The notes beneath the pieces were generated by a model. It saw only the letters and a program-made list of their open reading frames with translations. It made no database searches and was not told the DNA's origin. 64,000 bases of DNA, from contig NC_090400.1 of assembly GCF_036365525.1 (NCBI RefSeq), forward strand, positions 53,697,663 through 53,761,662, written 5' to 3'. The stretch's first letter is position 1; each line of letters begins with the position of its first letter. The stretch is from Heterodontus francisci. Lineage: Eukaryota. A program made the position numbers and the translations under genes. Below, one piece after another: positions 61,480 to 64,000 of the stretch.

Positions 61480-61815
61480 ATCATTGATGATCTGCACATC
61501 AACTCCAGTTACCCACATTCACACCATATCCCTTAACACCCTTAAGCAACAAAAATCTTTCAATCTAAGTTTTTAATTTTTCAATTGACCCACATCCTCA
61601 ATAGCTTTCTAGGGGAGAGAGTTCCAGATTTCCCCTAACATTTGTCTGAAGAAGTGTTTCCTGACATCATCCCTGAATGGCTTGGCTCTAACTTTAAGGT
61701 AATGCTATCTTGTTCTGGACTCCCACAGCGGAGGAAATAGTTTCGATCCATCTACCCTGTCAAATCTTCTCATCATCTTAAATGTCTCAATGAGATCACC
61801 CCTTAATCTTCTATG
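61480..61815 (-). mobile_element. CR1 3' fragment
   Basis: TCTCAATGAGATCACCCCTTAATCTTCT = RRLRGDLIE on minus. Confidence 0.82.
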
Positions 61816-62819
61816 TTAGGGCTCTCTGGAGTTCTGTACATGGGAGAAAATTCAACATAGTCAGCAAGTGCAGAGTTATATGCAGAGATTGGGACTCTAA
61901 GCAGTTGGATGCATGGTGTTGTACCAGTTATGTTATATAATATTTTACCCAGATTTCCAATCCTTCAAATCATTTTGATCGTGAATAATTTGTTCAATAG
62001 TTGTCCAAGGTGGTTCTGGTTGTTGTGAATTCTCTGTCTTTCTGATTGACAGGAACTGTAGTAGGCATTCTACACACACTTTAGTAAGCAGTTCACTGTG
62101 ACTGTGGTTAATCACTAGCCCAGGCTACTATACGTCAATAGGACAGAGAGTAAAAGGTGCACGTTTCCATTGGTAATGAGATCCCTGGCAGGAAATACGG
62201 TCATACTGTCATGGTATTTCTATGATAAAAGAAATAGCCGTTGGAAATAGCCCAAACTGTGTCACATAGCTTGATGTTACATTCTAAGGTGATGATGCAT
62301 TAACCCCCAAATCACCTCTGACAGATGTTTGATAACTAAACAAAATAGGAAGGGGAGTCAATGGAGATCTCTGGGAGCTACTATGGAATACAATTATCAG
62401 AAAACACTCTATTGGTGCAGACACATCCATCCGGAAGTTAGCAAGCTCCTCCGTAGAACTCCTGCCTGCATTAAACGATTCTATTACAGCAAAGAGAAAC
62501 TCCATTCCACTCTTGTCAAATTGTATCTGCAGTGTCGAGGGAGCCAATCTAAGGCCCTGGTCTTGTTAGCACTGGTGATATTACGAAACTTTCATACAAG
62601 ATCTGTCAGATAGCAATCCCAAAATAAACCAGTTTAATCTGAATGAATGAAATTAAGTAAGAGCTTCTCTGTTCCATGTCCCAGGGTGTTTATTACAAAG
62701 TCTTAAAATCAGTGTCTAGTGATGAGATGGATTTTTGAATTTGGTGGTGCTGTGGGTTAGACTTTGACTTTTCACCTCTCCATTCAAATGGAGCTCACAG
62801 TGCTGACAATCTCCCATGC

Positions 62820-63090
62820 CAACAACAATAACTTCCATTTATATAGTGCCTTTAATGCAATAAAATGTCCCATGGTGCTTCACAGGAGCATAATCAGACA
62901 AAATTTGACACCAAGCCACATATCTTAGGACAGCTGAATAAATGTTTGGTCAAAGTGATAGGTTTTAAGGAGCCTCTTAAAGGAGATGATGAGGTAGATA
63001 GGCGGAGAGGTTTAGGAAGGGAATTTCAGAGCTTAGGTCCCAGGCAGATGAAGGCACAGCCGCCAACGGTGGAACGAAGGAAGTCAGTCT
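62820..63090 (-). mobile_element. L2 3' end
   Basis: AACAACAA...ATTTATATAGTGCCTTT tail; GAAGGCACAGCCGCCAA. Confidence 0.82.
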
Positions 63091-63904
63091 GACAAAGTCC
63101 GCTGACAATCTCCTCCCTATTCAATAGTAAAACTCTTACGTGCAATGGGGTAGAAATTGGATTGTGCCAGCACAAACTGAGGGCAGGGAATGAGCCCAAA
63201 GCCAGAATAGGTAGGCCCGAGGCCCACTCGATACTAGGCCGAGGCCTTCATTCAAAAGAGACCGCCGACACCTGGCGACCCCAGGCAGTCTGCGAATGAA
63301 ATAGATTTAACTTTCAGGCCACTGCATCACTGGCAGTGAACCTCAGTTAGGTTCTGGGAGGTGGGTGGGGGGGGAATGGGGGAGGAATACTCCTGCTCCC
63401 TACTCCTCCTGACTTCACATACGGTAAATTGTTTTTGCAAAACTTAGCGTTTTGGTGGCAGCCTCCAGTGGTCCCTTTATAGATTTCCGACTGTCTTCAG
63501 GGCAGCGCAGTTTTGAGGAGAGTTCCTGAAACAGGCATGATGACCCTTACTTACATACACAAAGGTCTAGAGCTTATTTCAGGCTTGGATCCTGGACACA
63601 CATACTTCAACCATTACCAATAGGGCAGGTGGTACACTCCTGGCACAGAATGTGGGTACGCATACTGCACACCATATTAGATGTTTAAGGACCCATTTTA
63701 TGCCAGTAAAATGAGTTAAGTACCAAGTCTCTAGCCAACTATTTGTGGAGCCTCAAAACAGTTTTAAATACATATCCACCCAAAGCACAAAACTAACTGC
63801 AAGTTAACATTGAGCAGGAGGCTATGAGGGTGAAATTGCTATTCAGCACTAATGCATAACAGGTGACACAAAACCGAGAGTCCCTTTTAAACCCCGGCTA
63901 ATTG

Positions 63905-64000
63905 TCAGTTGCCAGCGTTCGCCAGAGCTGGCGGGCAGCCATAAAGACGGGGCTAAAATTTGGCGAGTCAAAGAGACTTAGTAGTTGGCAGGAAAAAAGA
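63905..64000 (+). mobile_element. RTE LINE fragment, truncated by the window end
   Basis: GTCAGTTGCCAGCGTTCGCCAGAGCTGG matches the copies near 43190 and 30835. Confidence 0.92.

Noticed and set aside
62284-62613. Overlapping 87-aa and 94-aa ORFs in apparently unique sequence
   Set aside because: No recognisable motif, non-ATG starts and no convincing splice signals

Overview
Eukaryotic, repeat-dense vertebrate DNA. The SINE/LINE repertoire (V-SINE of HE1 type, DeuSINE of SacSINE1 type, CR1, L2, RTE, Penelope-like) points to a cartilaginous fish (shark/ray). No intact host protein-coding gene is recognisable. A repeat-free island at about 1.7-5.4 kb looks like the 5' end of a minus-strand gene; the rest is layered transposon debris. 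The standout is a Gypsy-type LTR retroelement at 48964-52596 (paired LTRs, 5-bp TSD, PBS, PPT, gag zinc knuckles, DTG protease). In place of RT/RNaseH/integrase it carries the C-terminal part of a MYC-family gene (Myc box IV-like plus bHLH-leucine zipper), with the box IV-like segment in frame with the protease. This resembles the gag-myc layout of acutely transforming retroviruses. A solo LTR of the same family lies at 34073-34316. Also present: minimal hammerhead ribozymes in Penelope-like elements, a Harbinger transposase fossil with many GC-rich TIR elements, a G-quadruplex-type minisatellite and an inverted duplication. All family names come from recalled motifs read by eye, not database searches, and many boundaries are approximate.
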